Shown piece after piece: positions 1 through 8,359 of a stretch of 64,000 nucleotides of DNA. The notes below the pieces were generated by a model. The model made no database searches. It was not told the origin of the DNA and saw nothing but the letters and a program-made list of their open reading frames with translations. How positions within the stretch are numbered: the first letter of the stretch is position 1; every line of letters begins with the position of its first letter. A program made the position numbers and the translations under genes. Source of the stretch: Clostridiales bacterium (GTDB lineage Bacteria; Bacillota; Clostridia; Christensenellales; Pumilibacteraceae); contig JAFLVB010000002.1 of the NCBI GenBank assembly GCA_022508465.1, positions 628-64,627 on the forward strand, in the 5' to 3' direction.

Positions 1-199
1 CTCCGTGGCGTTCGGCACTTCGTGCCTCGGCTACAGCGCATGAAAAGTACATTTGGTTAGATAGCTTTTAAATACGCACTATGCCTACATCCTGCAGCTT
101 TTAGGTGCGAATAACTTTTAACATTAAAACAGTCCCTCAGTCTGCTTCGCAGCCAGCTCCCCTTGCACAGGGGAGCCTTATATTGTTCGGTCGAACATA

Positions 200-227
200 A
201 AGAAAAGACCCTTATATAAGGGCCTTT
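200..227 (-). terminator. Rho-independent terminator after asnS
   Basis: Palindrome CCCTTAT/ATAAGGG (209-222) lies about 20 nt downstream of the asnS stop. It is followed on the minus strand by TCTTTTCTTT. Confidence 0.55.
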
Positions 228-243
228 GGGTTATAATTATCAA

Positions 244-1614
244 TTACTTAAGATCTCCTACGGTACGCGGGAAGAGTTGAACGTCTCTTATGTTACCAAG
301 TCCGGTGACATAGAGTAAGATACGCTCGAGTCCGAGACCAAATCCGCTATGCGGACAAGCACCGAACTTTCTTAAAGCCATATAGTTTTCGTACTCGGAT
401 ACCGTCATATGTCTTTCTTCCATAACGGCGATAAGCTTCTCTGTATCGACTTCACGCTCGCTGCAGCCTATAATTTCGCCTATGCCCGGTACCAAAAGGT
501 CGGTAGCGGCAACCGTCTTGCCGTCGGGATTTTGCTTCATATAGAACGATTTAATGTCCTTAGGATAGTTGGTGACAAACACCGGCTTGTTGAACACCTC
601 TTCGGTTATATATCTTTCGTGCTCGGTCTGCAAATCGCAACCCCACTCTACCGGATATACAAATTCCTTGCCCGACTTTTTGAGAATTTCCACGGCCTCT
701 GTATAATCCAAAACTTTAAACTCGCTCTCAACTACGCGGCGAAGTTTTTCGGTAAGACCTTTTTCAAATCTCTCGTCAAAGAAGGCTATCTCGTCTGCGC
801 ACTCTGTAAGCACGGCGTTTATTATATACTTTATAAGCTCCTCTGCGATCTCTATAATATCGTCAAGCTCGGCAAAAGCAACCTCCGGTTCAATCTGCCA
901 GAATTCGGCAGCGTGGCGTGTTGTATTGCTGTTCTCGGCGCGGAAGGTAGGTCCAAAGGTGTAAATCTTACCCATTGCCATTGCCGCCATCTCGCCCTCG
1001 AGCTGACCCGAAACGGTCAGTCCCGCCTTTTGGCCAAAGAAGTCGTTATCATAGTATTCCTTTTGCGTCTTGGCGGTGTCGTTCCAGTTATGAGTAGTAA
1101 CTCTGAATATTTCGCCTGCACCCTCGCAGTCGCTGCCCGTGATTATCGGGGTGTGCACATAGACATAGCCGTTTTCCTGAAAATATCTATGGATAGCATA
1201 CGAAAGCACGCTGCGCACTCTGAGCATTGCGTTAAAGGTATTCGTCCTCACGCGCAAATGCGGTATGGTACGCAAATACTCCATTGTATGCCTCTTTTTC
1301 TGCATAGGATAGTCGGGTGGGCAATCACCAAGCAAAGTCACATTTGAGGCATTGACTTCTACTCCATTACCCGAAACTGCCTTTACAAGCGTGCCCTCTG
1401 CCTTTATTGCGCTGCCAAGTGCCGTACAATTTTCGTAACCTGTCGTTACAGATTTATCTATAACAACCTGCAGATGTTTAAGCGATGTTCCGTCGTTGAT
1501 TTCCAAAAACGCCATGTTCTTGGAATCGCGGCAGGTGCGAATCCAACCGCAAACGGTAACTTTTTGACCCACTAACGAGCCATCAAATAGTTTTTTAATA
1601 TCAATATGTTTCAT
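244..1614 (-). CDS. asnS: Asparagine--tRNA ligase
   Basis: Class II aaRS with the AsnRS signature FRAENSNTTRHAAEFWQIEPEVAF and GFGLGLERL. The ORF track begins at TTG 1623. I prefer ATG 1614 (MKHIDIKK), which has AAGG 9 nt upstream. Confidence 0.93.
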   Translation of the reverse strand: MKHIDIKKLFDGSLVGQKVTVCGWIRTCRDSKNMAFLEINDGTSLKHLQVVIDKSVTTGYENCTALGSAIKAEGTLVKAVSGNGVEVNASNVTLLGDCPPDYPMQKKRHTMEYLRTIPHLRVRTNTFNAMLRVRSVLSYAIHRYFQENGYVYVHTPIITGSDCEGAGEIFRVTTHNWNDTAKTQKEYYDNDFFGQKAGLTVSGQLEGEMAAMAMGKIYTFGPTFRAENSNTTRHAAEFWQIEPEVAFAELDDIIEIAEELIKYIINAVLTECADEIAFFDERFEKGLTEKLRRVVESEFKVLDYTEAVEILKKSGKEFVYPVEWGCDLQTEHERYITEEVFNKPVFVTNYPKDIKSFYMKQNPDGKTVAATDLLVPGIGEIIGCSEREVDTEKLIAVMEERHMTVSEYENYMALRKFGACPHSGFGLGLERILLYVTGLGNIRDVQLFPRTVGDLK

Positions 1615-1678
1615 AGCTTTCAACCTTAAATAGTATTGTATTAAGTATACAGCTTCCTTTTGCTTTTGTCAAACGAAT

Positions 1679-1942
1679 TTACCCAAGCCAAATGGCAATA
1701 AGTATCATTACTATGGTAAACGCCGCTGCCGCCACTATCAGCATTGGCAAAAATGCTGTAACTGCGCCCATATACATAGCAAACTTTTCCTTATGCGTCA
1801 GCTTAAGGTCCTTCATCTTTTTACGCTTTTCGTCGTTTTCTTCCTTATTTTCCTCGTACCAGGGCATGCCATCGACATTCATATTGGCAACAGTTCTGCC
1901 GTCGTCGTCATCATATTTCTTTTTCTTCTTTTTCTTGAACAT
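1679..1942 (-). CDS. Small membrane protein of unknown function (87 aa)
   Basis: N-terminus is MFKKKKKKKYDDDD, with one C-terminal hydrophobic helix (AFLPMLIVAAAAFTIVMILIAIWL). SD AAGGAG lies upstream. It sits 55 nt upstream of asnS, so it is probably co-transcribed. Confidence 0.55.
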   Translation of the reverse strand: MFKKKKKKKYDDDDGRTVANMNVDGMPWYEENKEENDEKRKKMKDLKLTHKEKFAMYMGAVTAFLPMLIVAAAAFTIVMILIAIWLG

Positions 1943-2180
1943 AAAAGCTCCTTATTGAATAGCGGCTTAGCCGCCTTTTGCTTTGTTTTACAAGCATTGT
2001 CATCCCTACAGGGATAGTGCACATAACCTTGCAATTATATTTTACTATAAGCAAAATTGTTTGCCCCTCTGGGCATTTTTGCGTAGCCGTCAAGACTATT
2101 GCATTGTCCGTTAGGACAATAAATCTCGTAAGAGATTAAAGGCGCATAGCGACTTTGTAATTATATTATTAACAAAATAT

Positions 2181-2198
2181 GGGCGGAAATTTCCGCCC
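2181..2198 (-). terminator. Rho-independent terminator ending the Opp-like operon
   Basis: Perfect palindrome GGGCGGAAATTTCCGCCC lies 20 nt after the 2218 stop. It is followed on the minus strand by ATATTTTGTT. Confidence 0.7.
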
Positions 2199-2217
2199 AC
2201 ACTTTATTAAATCTAAA

Positions 2218-3213
2218 TTAATCCTGACTGTATAAGTGGCACGCACAGAAATGATTAGGTTCGTACTCCTTGTAAACAGGTGCAACCTCTTTACATATAT
2301 CCATACACTTTGTGCAACGAGTATGGAATTTGCAACCCTTAGGCGGATTTGCGGGAGACGGAATATCACCTTTAAGAATGATACGATTCATCTTTACGTT
2401 AGGATCGGGTACAGGTACTGCAGAGAACAATGCCTGCGTGTACGGATGTAACGGATTGGCAAATATCTTTGTCTTATCTCCGCTTTCCACCATGCTACCG
2501 AGGTACATAACACCGATTTCGTCCGAAATATGTTCTACGACGGACAAGTCGTGCGAAATGAACACATAGGTAAGTCCCAATTCGTTCTGGAGGTCCTCAA
2601 GCAAGTTGATGATCTGAGCCTGAATACTAACGTCGAGCGCCGATACAGGTTCGTCGCATATAACGAGCTTGGGATTGAGTGCCAATGCTCTTGCAATACA
2701 AATACGCTGACGCTGACCACCCGAGAACTCATGCGGATAACGCTCATAGTAGTGATCCTGAAGTCCGCACTTGTGCATGATGTCCAAGATGTATTCCTTG
2801 TAATGAGCTTGGTCAACAAGCTTATGCGCAAGTACTGCCTCACCTATTATTTCGCCGACGGGAAGTCTGGGCGAAAGCGATGAATACGGGTCTTGGAATA
2901 TCATCTGTATTTGCGGTCTGATTCTACGCAACTGTTCGTGCGAAAGCTCTCTGATGTTGATACCGTTAAAGAGTACATCACCGTCGGTTATCTCATGCAA
3001 ACGCAGTATGCAACGACCCATAGTGGTCTTGCCGCAACCCGACTCACCAACGATACCGATAGTCTTACCCTTTCTGACCGTAAACGAAACGTCATCTACG
3101 GCTTTGAGGAATCTGGTCGGTTTACCAAAAAAGTTAGTGGCAATCGGGAAATATTTTTTAAGATGTCTGACGTCAAGAATAACGTCATTCTTTGCTGCAT
3201 TATTGTTTTCCAT
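2218..3213 (-). CDS. Opp/Dpp-family ABC transporter ATP-binding protein (OppF-like, 331 aa)
   Basis: Walker A GESGCGKT, signature FSGGQRQR, Walker B LVICDEPVSALD, HPYT C-terminal oligopeptide motif, and C-terminal Cys cluster CKFHTRCTKCMDIC...CACH. SD GGAGGA present. Confidence 0.92.
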   Translation of the reverse strand: MENNNAAKNDVILDVRHLKKYFPIATNFFGKPTRFLKAVDDVSFTVRKGKTIGIVGESGCGKTTMGRCILRLHEITDGDVLFNGINIRELSHEQLRRIRPQIQMIFQDPYSSLSPRLPVGEIIGEAVLAHKLVDQAHYKEYILDIMHKCGLQDHYYERYPHEFSGGQRQRICIARALALNPKLVICDEPVSALDVSIQAQIINLLEDLQNELGLTYVFISHDLSVVEHISDEIGVMYLGSMVESGDKTKIFANPLHPYTQALFSAVPVPDPNVKMNRIILKGDIPSPANPPKGCKFHTRCTKCMDICKEVAPVYKEYEPNHFCACHLYSQD

Positions 3214-3216
3214 CGC

Positions 3217-5907
3217 TTAATCCTCCTTCTCGTACAGGTGACAGGATACCTTATGAGTCGGGCTAACCTGTATCATATCGGGATAATCGCCGTTACACTT
3301 GCCGCAGCGCTTATCGCATCTGTCACGGAAGTAGCAGTAGTTGGGCATGTTGATCGGGTTGGGAACGTTACCCGGAATGCTGTACAATCTGTCCACCTTC
3401 TTGTTAACCGCGGGCTTGCTCTTTTGGAGACCCATGGTGTACGGGTGCATCGGATTGTCGAAGATTTCCTTAGCGGTACCCATTTCGATAACACGGCCTG
3501 CGTACATAACTACGACATAGTCTGCCATTTCGGCAATAACACCAAGGTCGTGAGTGATGAACATAATGGAGCCGTTGATCTTCTTCTTAACATCTCTAAG
3601 GAGGTCAAGAATCTGTGCCTGAATTGTAACGTCAAGCGCGGTTGTCGGCTCGTCGGCAATGATAAGCTTGGGATTGCACGAAAGCGCCATTGCTATCATA
3701 ACTCTCTGACGCATACCACCCGAAAGCTCGTGCGGATAGCGGTCATATACGTTTTCGGGAATAATGCCTACGAGCTTGAGCATTTCAAACGTTCTTGCCT
3801 TAGCCATTTCCTTGGTAGCGCCCGGAACGTGTAAGAATACAACTTCGTCGAGCTGATTACCGATAGTGAATATCGGGTTAAGGCTGGTCATGGGCTCTTG
3901 GAATATCATGGTAATTTCGCGACCGCGAATCTTACGCATAACTTCGGTAGGCATCTTAGCTACGTTGTAAACCTTTTCTTCTGTTTCAAAGAGAGGTACA
4001 CCGTTAATATCTTTCTTTTGCACCTTTTCGATAACAGGCTTACCGTCTTTGTCCAAAACGGGCTTACCCTTATGCATCTTGGGTGCGGTTACGTAAACGG
4101 GATTGCCGTTTTCGTCTTTGATTTCGTTGCCGTTTTCGTCAACCTTTACTTCGTAAACGGGGATGTTGTTACCGTTTTCGTCCTCTTTGTAGACTGTGGA
4201 CTTAAAGCGGATTTCACTACCCTTCATAACCTGACCCTTGGGTGCTTGAACAAGCTGCATAAGGGAAAGCGAAGTTACAGACTTACCGCAACCGGACTCA
4301 CCGATTACGCCCACGGTGCTACCTTGCGGAATGTTGAATGATACACCGTTAACGGCCTTTACAACACCTGCATCGGAGAAGAAGTATGTATGAAGATTTT
4401 CAAACTCAACAATGTTTCTGTCGTCTTTCATCTGAGTAACGTACTCGGACTCGGGAACGTTCTTACGTTTCTTTGCCTTTTCGTACTCTTTGATGGTGCG
4501 CATATTTTCTTTGGCAATACGACGGCTTTCCTTACTGGAAATATAATGCGAATCTTTGGCATTGGGGGAGAAAAGCTCCTTAACGCCGTTAACCGCTCTA
4601 CCGAAGTTGTCTTCACCAAATATAGTAGCGGGATTGTAAATCTCGGCATCCTCTACTCTGTTTTCCGCAACTCTGACGATACGAACTGCAAAAGTTACAC
4701 AAATAAGCACAACAAGTGCAATCCAGTTGAGAAGCTTAAGAACGGAGAAGAATTGGATTGTCGGAATAATTGCAAGGATTGCAAACACACAAAGTGCGAA
4801 CAATACCCAGTCACCTGCCACTATACTGCGACGCTTAGCCGAAGCAAGCAATCCGGCAAACAGAATAAGTACCGACAAATCGAGAATAAGTAAGAATCCT
4901 GCAGTAACAACAGTCTCAACCTCTCTAAAGGCATTGATTGCTATCAAGCTATACATTACGATAAAGCCGAGGATAGCGATTACTGCCGCAAATATAAGGT
5001 TGTACTTTTGCGCAAGCTGCTTAAAGTAAACTTTAAGACCTCTGTTGCCTGTGCTCTTTTCCGTGCGAGGAGCAAGTTTCTCGATATAAGTGTTCTTTAT
5101 AAGGAGAACTGCAAAGAATACAAGCACGCATAAAGCTACAAGCCAAATTACGAGCTTAGCTACCGTAAAGTTCATAAACAAGGGAATTGCATAAAGTACA
5201 GCTGCCGGGATAGCAAGCGCGATAACCGCGTCAACCTGTCCCATGCGCTTAGAAGCAATTCTGCCCGGAAGATTAAAGATCACGGTCGCTATAATAAGCA
5301 CAATAGATATTATTGTAAGGTATGTCCAGCCATTGCTGCCCGTAATCTCGACTCCATCAAACAAATAAAGGAGAGCCAAGATTGCGATGCCTACAAAGGC
5401 AAGAACAAGGATGTTAAATCTTTTAATAAACGCTGCAAAGTACGACTTAACCGTTGCATTGGGAGTTTTGTTTTCGTACAAAGTCTTTGCAATCGGTCTT
5501 GCTACTGCCATACGAACCATCGTAAGCGCAGCTACGATGAGGAGCGCTACAATGTAAAGTACGATCTGGAGCGTTGTGCTCGGCATAAAGATCAACTCTA
5601 TAAGGAACAACACAAGAAGAAGATTTGCAACATAAACGACAAAGTCTACTGCGTTGATCTTTCTGCTGCCCAGCCTTGACACAAAATAGTACAAAGCAAG
5701 CAAAGTGCAAAGTCCAAGGAATATACCGACAACAACTACAGCTGCACTCGATCTGTACTCTAACTCACCCAACACATCAAAGCTGCCGGCAGAGAGCAAT
5801 ACAACAAAGGCAACAAGAGCGGCAACAATGGGAGCGATAGTACCGTACTTATTGAGTACGGACGAATAATATTTGCCTAAACGGCTGTTTTTAAAACCTG
5901 TCAACAT
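3217..5907 (-). CDS. OppD/DppD-type ABC ATPase fused to an N-terminal ~12-TM membrane domain (896 aa)
   Basis: Residues 498-896 carry Walker A GESGCGKS, LSGGMRQR, LIIADEPTTALD, HPYT and a Cys cluster. Residues ~20-411 form about 12 hydrophobic segments. It is a single ORF with SD GGAGGG before ATG 5907. Confidence 0.85.
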   Translation of the reverse strand: MLTGFKNSRLGKYYSSVLNKYGTIAPIVAALVAFVVLLSAGSFDVLGELEYRSSAAVVVVGIFLGLCTLLALYYFVSRLGSRKINAVDFVVYVANLLLVLFLIELIFMPSTTLQIVLYIVALLIVAALTMVRMAVARPIAKTLYENKTPNATVKSYFAAFIKRFNILVLAFVGIAILALLYLFDGVEITGSNGWTYLTIISIVLIIATVIFNLPGRIASKRMGQVDAVIALAIPAAVLYAIPLFMNFTVAKLVIWLVALCVLVFFAVLLIKNTYIEKLAPRTEKSTGNRGLKVYFKQLAQKYNLIFAAVIAILGFIVMYSLIAINAFREVETVVTAGFLLILDLSVLILFAGLLASAKRRSIVAGDWVLFALCVFAILAIIPTIQFFSVLKLLNWIALVVLICVTFAVRIVRVAENRVEDAEIYNPATIFGEDNFGRAVNGVKELFSPNAKDSHYISSKESRRIAKENMRTIKEYEKAKKRKNVPESEYVTQMKDDRNIVEFENLHTYFFSDAGVVKAVNGVSFNIPQGSTVGVIGESGCGKSVTSLSLMQLVQAPKGQVMKGSEIRFKSTVYKEDENGNNIPVYEVKVDENGNEIKDENGNPVYVTAPKMHKGKPVLDKDGKPVIEKVQKKDINGVPLFETEEKVYNVAKMPTEVMRKIRGREITMIFQEPMTSLNPIFTIGNQLDEVVFLHVPGATKEMAKARTFEMLKLVGIIPENVYDRYPHELSGGMRQRVMIAMALSCNPKLIIADEPTTALDVTIQAQILDLLRDVKKKINGSIMFITHDLGVIAEMADYVVVMYAGRVIEMGTAKEIFDNPMHPYTMGLQKSKPAVNKKVDRLYSIPGNVPNPINMPNYCYFRDRCDKRCGKCNGDYPDMIQVSPTHKVSCHLYEKED

Positions 5908-5918
5908 ATTATTCCCTC

Positions 5919-7196
5919 CTATCTGCTAGCTTTGGGGTCAAACGCATCGCGCAGACCGTCGCCGATAAAGTTGAAGCCTAACACCGCAAGCACTATAAGG
6001 ATACCGGCAGGAATCCAAAGGTTTGGATAATACTGCAAGATTTCGGGCTTTTGCGCCGCACTTATCATAGTACCCCAAGCTGCGTACGGTTTGGGAATAC
6101 CGATACCCAAGTAGCTAAGCGTTGACTCGGTAAGAATGATACCACCAAGACCAAGCGTCATCTGAACTATAAGCTGCGGCATGATGTTGGGCACAAGGTG
6201 CCTTACAATTTTACGTGTAGTGCTAAGTCCGAGCGCCTCGGCAGCAACCATATATTCTTGCTCACGCAGGAAGAGTATCTGTCCACGCACGACACGCGCA
6301 ACGCCCGTCCAACCGAGCACTGTCATTATAATCATTAGGTAATAGATCTGATATCTCTGATTGATATCCGCATCCTCGAGCACCGCACCTAAGATCAAAA
6401 GTATGGGGAACTGAGGAACGCAACCGAAGATATCTACTATTCTCATTATAAGCTGGTCAACCCACTTACCGAAGTAACCGGCAAGACCACCGAACAAGAT
6501 ACCAAGGAATGTCTCTAAGAATACGACTACGAAACCAAGTGTAAGAGAGATTCTTCCGCCATACATAAGACGTACAAATACGTCCATACCGTACTCGTCG
6601 GTACCCAGCCAGTGATTGGCACTTATCTTACCCTTTTCATTGAATGTCTTACGGTCCCAAGTATATTCTGCGTATGTATAGGGAATTTTTGTACCATATT
6701 CATCACTAACATAAGCAGCTGCACTTGAGCCTGTCTGCAACATAAAGTATACCGGTTCGCCGGTAGCAGCATCTGTATAGTGTCCATATCTATTGCCGGC
6801 TTCACTATATCCGTCAAAGACAACACCGGGCAACAGCTTGGACTCATCATTAGATACTTTGCCATCTACAAAGAGAAGCGAAGCATCGATTCTTTCGTTA
6901 TAAGTTTCGGTTTTAACAACTTCACGCTTTTCTTCGGGAATAGACAAGTCTATCTCTATTTCACCCCATTGATTATAGAACACAGGGCCTAAAAACGCGA
7001 ACAAGAACAAAACTATAATAGTTACAAGTCCTATCATCGAAAGACGTGAGCGGAAAAATCTTTTTGCCACAAGGCGTCCTGGTGAAACGACTTTTACGCT
7101 GTCCGCAAGAAATTCTTCTTTCTCTTGTAAAGCAGCGTTATTTTCTTTTTCCATATTGTCCTCCTCAAGCACGGAGGTAACTTTATCTTTTTCCAT
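5919..7196 (-). CDS. Opp/Dpp-family ABC permease (OppC-like) with enlarged extracytoplasmic loop
   Basis: BPD-transporter core is present (LREQEYMVAAEALGLSTTRKIVRHLVPN). Start chosen at ATG 7196 (MEKDKV), preceded by GGAGGT. The ORF track extends to 7244 and would overlap the upstream gene. Confidence 0.88.
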   Translation of the reverse strand: MEKDKVTSVLEEDNMEKENNAALQEKEEFLADSVKVVSPGRLVAKRFFRSRLSMIGLVTIIVLFLFAFLGPVFYNQWGEIEIDLSIPEEKREVVKTETYNERIDASLLFVDGKVSNDESKLLPGVVFDGYSEAGNRYGHYTDAATGEPVYFMLQTGSSAAAYVSDEYGTKIPYTYAEYTWDRKTFNEKGKISANHWLGTDEYGMDVFVRLMYGGRISLTLGFVVVFLETFLGILFGGLAGYFGKWVDQLIMRIVDIFGCVPQFPILLILGAVLEDADINQRYQIYYLMIIMTVLGWTGVARVVRGQILFLREQEYMVAAEALGLSTTRKIVRHLVPNIMPQLIVQMTLGLGGIILTESTLSYLGIGIPKPYAAWGTMISAAQKPEILQYYPNLWIPAGILIVLAVLGFNFIGDGLRDAFDPKASR

Positions 7197-7206
7197 ACTG
7201 ACCTCC

Positions 7207-8286
7207 TTACTTGGTAATCTTGACGCGCGGGTCAACGACCGCATACATCAGGTCGGACAAAAGCGTACCTATTACACCCAATATCGCAATGAACATGTTG
7301 TAACCCATAATGAATGGGATATCACCAACGACAAGGGCCTGATATGCTTTATTACCTATACCGGGCAAATCGAATACCTGCTCGGTAATCATAGCACCAC
7401 CAAACAATCCGGGCAAAATTCCCGCTATCATTGTTACGATGGGGATAAGTGTGTTACGGAAAGCATGGCGATAAATTACAGTCTTTTCCGAACAACCTTT
7501 TGCTCGAGCAGTACGTATGTAGTCTGCATTTAAAACTTCGAGCACGTTGGTACGCGTATATCGCATAAAACCGCCTATACCCAAAATTACAAGCGCAACC
7601 ATAGGCAATACCATATGATGCAAAATGTCTAACATTCGCGCCACACCTGTATAGTTCGCTCCTGGAGATTCCATACCTACATATGGGAACCACCCTAACT
7701 GCAATGAGAACACTCTTAAGAGTAAGTTAGCAAAGAAGAATGATGGAAGCGAAATACCCATAAGTACAAGTACCGTTGCGGTATAGTCCATAACGCTATA
7801 CTGATGAGTTGCCGCCGCTATACCAAGCGCAATTGCTATAAAGAACTGCATCACCATGGCTACAAGCGCTATCCAGAACGATATCCACATACTTTGCCAC
7901 ATAACTTCGGAAACCGGCGCACCATATTTAAACGACAAGCCGAGGTCACCTTTGAATGTGGTACTCAACCACTTCCAATAACCTTCAAAGTAGTTAAATA
8001 CAGTACAGAGAGTACGCTGTCCGCTTGTAAGGCTTTCTTTTACATTCGCTTTGTCGTATTCCCATCCAAACTTGATGGCATAATCTTCATACTTGATAAT
8101 TAGACCATACAAATCCTTTTGACGGTCTACTTCCGCTTGTGTTATGGTACCTTGAGCAATTTGCGAAGCAAACTTTCTGTCAAAGTAGTCCATAGGCATA
8201 AGACGGACAAGCATGTATGTTATTATCGATACGCCAACAAGTATAAGGACCGACAATAGCAATCTTTTTATAATATATTTTACCAT
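7207..8286 (-). CDS. Opp/Dpp-family ABC permease (OppB-like, 359 aa)
   Basis: N-terminus MVKYIIKRLLLSVLILVGVSIITY is typical of OppB/DppB. It also has the motif YIRTARAKGCSEKTVIYRHAFRN. Confidence 0.9.
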   Translation of the reverse strand: MVKYIIKRLLLSVLILVGVSIITYMLVRLMPMDYFDRKFASQIAQGTITQAEVDRQKDLYGLIIKYEDYAIKFGWEYDKANVKESLTSGQRTLCTVFNYFEGYWKWLSTTFKGDLGLSFKYGAPVSEVMWQSMWISFWIALVAMVMQFFIAIALGIAAATHQYSVMDYTATVLVLMGISLPSFFFANLLLRVFSLQLGWFPYVGMESPGANYTGVARMLDILHHMVLPMVALVILGIGGFMRYTRTNVLEVLNADYIRTARAKGCSEKTVIYRHAFRNTLIPIVTMIAGILPGLFGGAMITEQVFDLPGIGNKAYQALVVGDIPFIMGYNMFIAILGVIGTLLSDLMYAVVDPRVKITK

Positions 8287-8300
8287 ATCTCTCCATCCAT

Positions 8301-8333
8301 TGTATTATGAGGGAGTAACTCCCTCATAATACA
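8301..8333 (-). promoter_or_regulatory. Intercistronic stem-loop between the binding-protein and permease genes
   Basis: A 15-bp perfect stem, TGTATTATGAGGGAG-TAA-CTCCCTCATAATACA, sits in the 73-nt spacer. No U-run follows it. Confidence 0.6.
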
Positions 8334-8359
8334 TTATAATGTTTTTTGTAAGTGGTTAA

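Noticed and set aside
409-1347. Long plus-strand ORF (312 aa) inside asnS. Similar antisense ORFs occur at 2893-3834, 8570-10069, 16924-18021, 19162-20055, 20098-21054, 34854-35495, 44339-45133, 52478-53191 and 54526-55323.
   Set aside because: Each lies entirely opposite a gene with unmistakable homology. Their translations are low-complexity or Cys/Arg/Leu-rich with no recognisable motifs and no SD. They are shadow ORFs.
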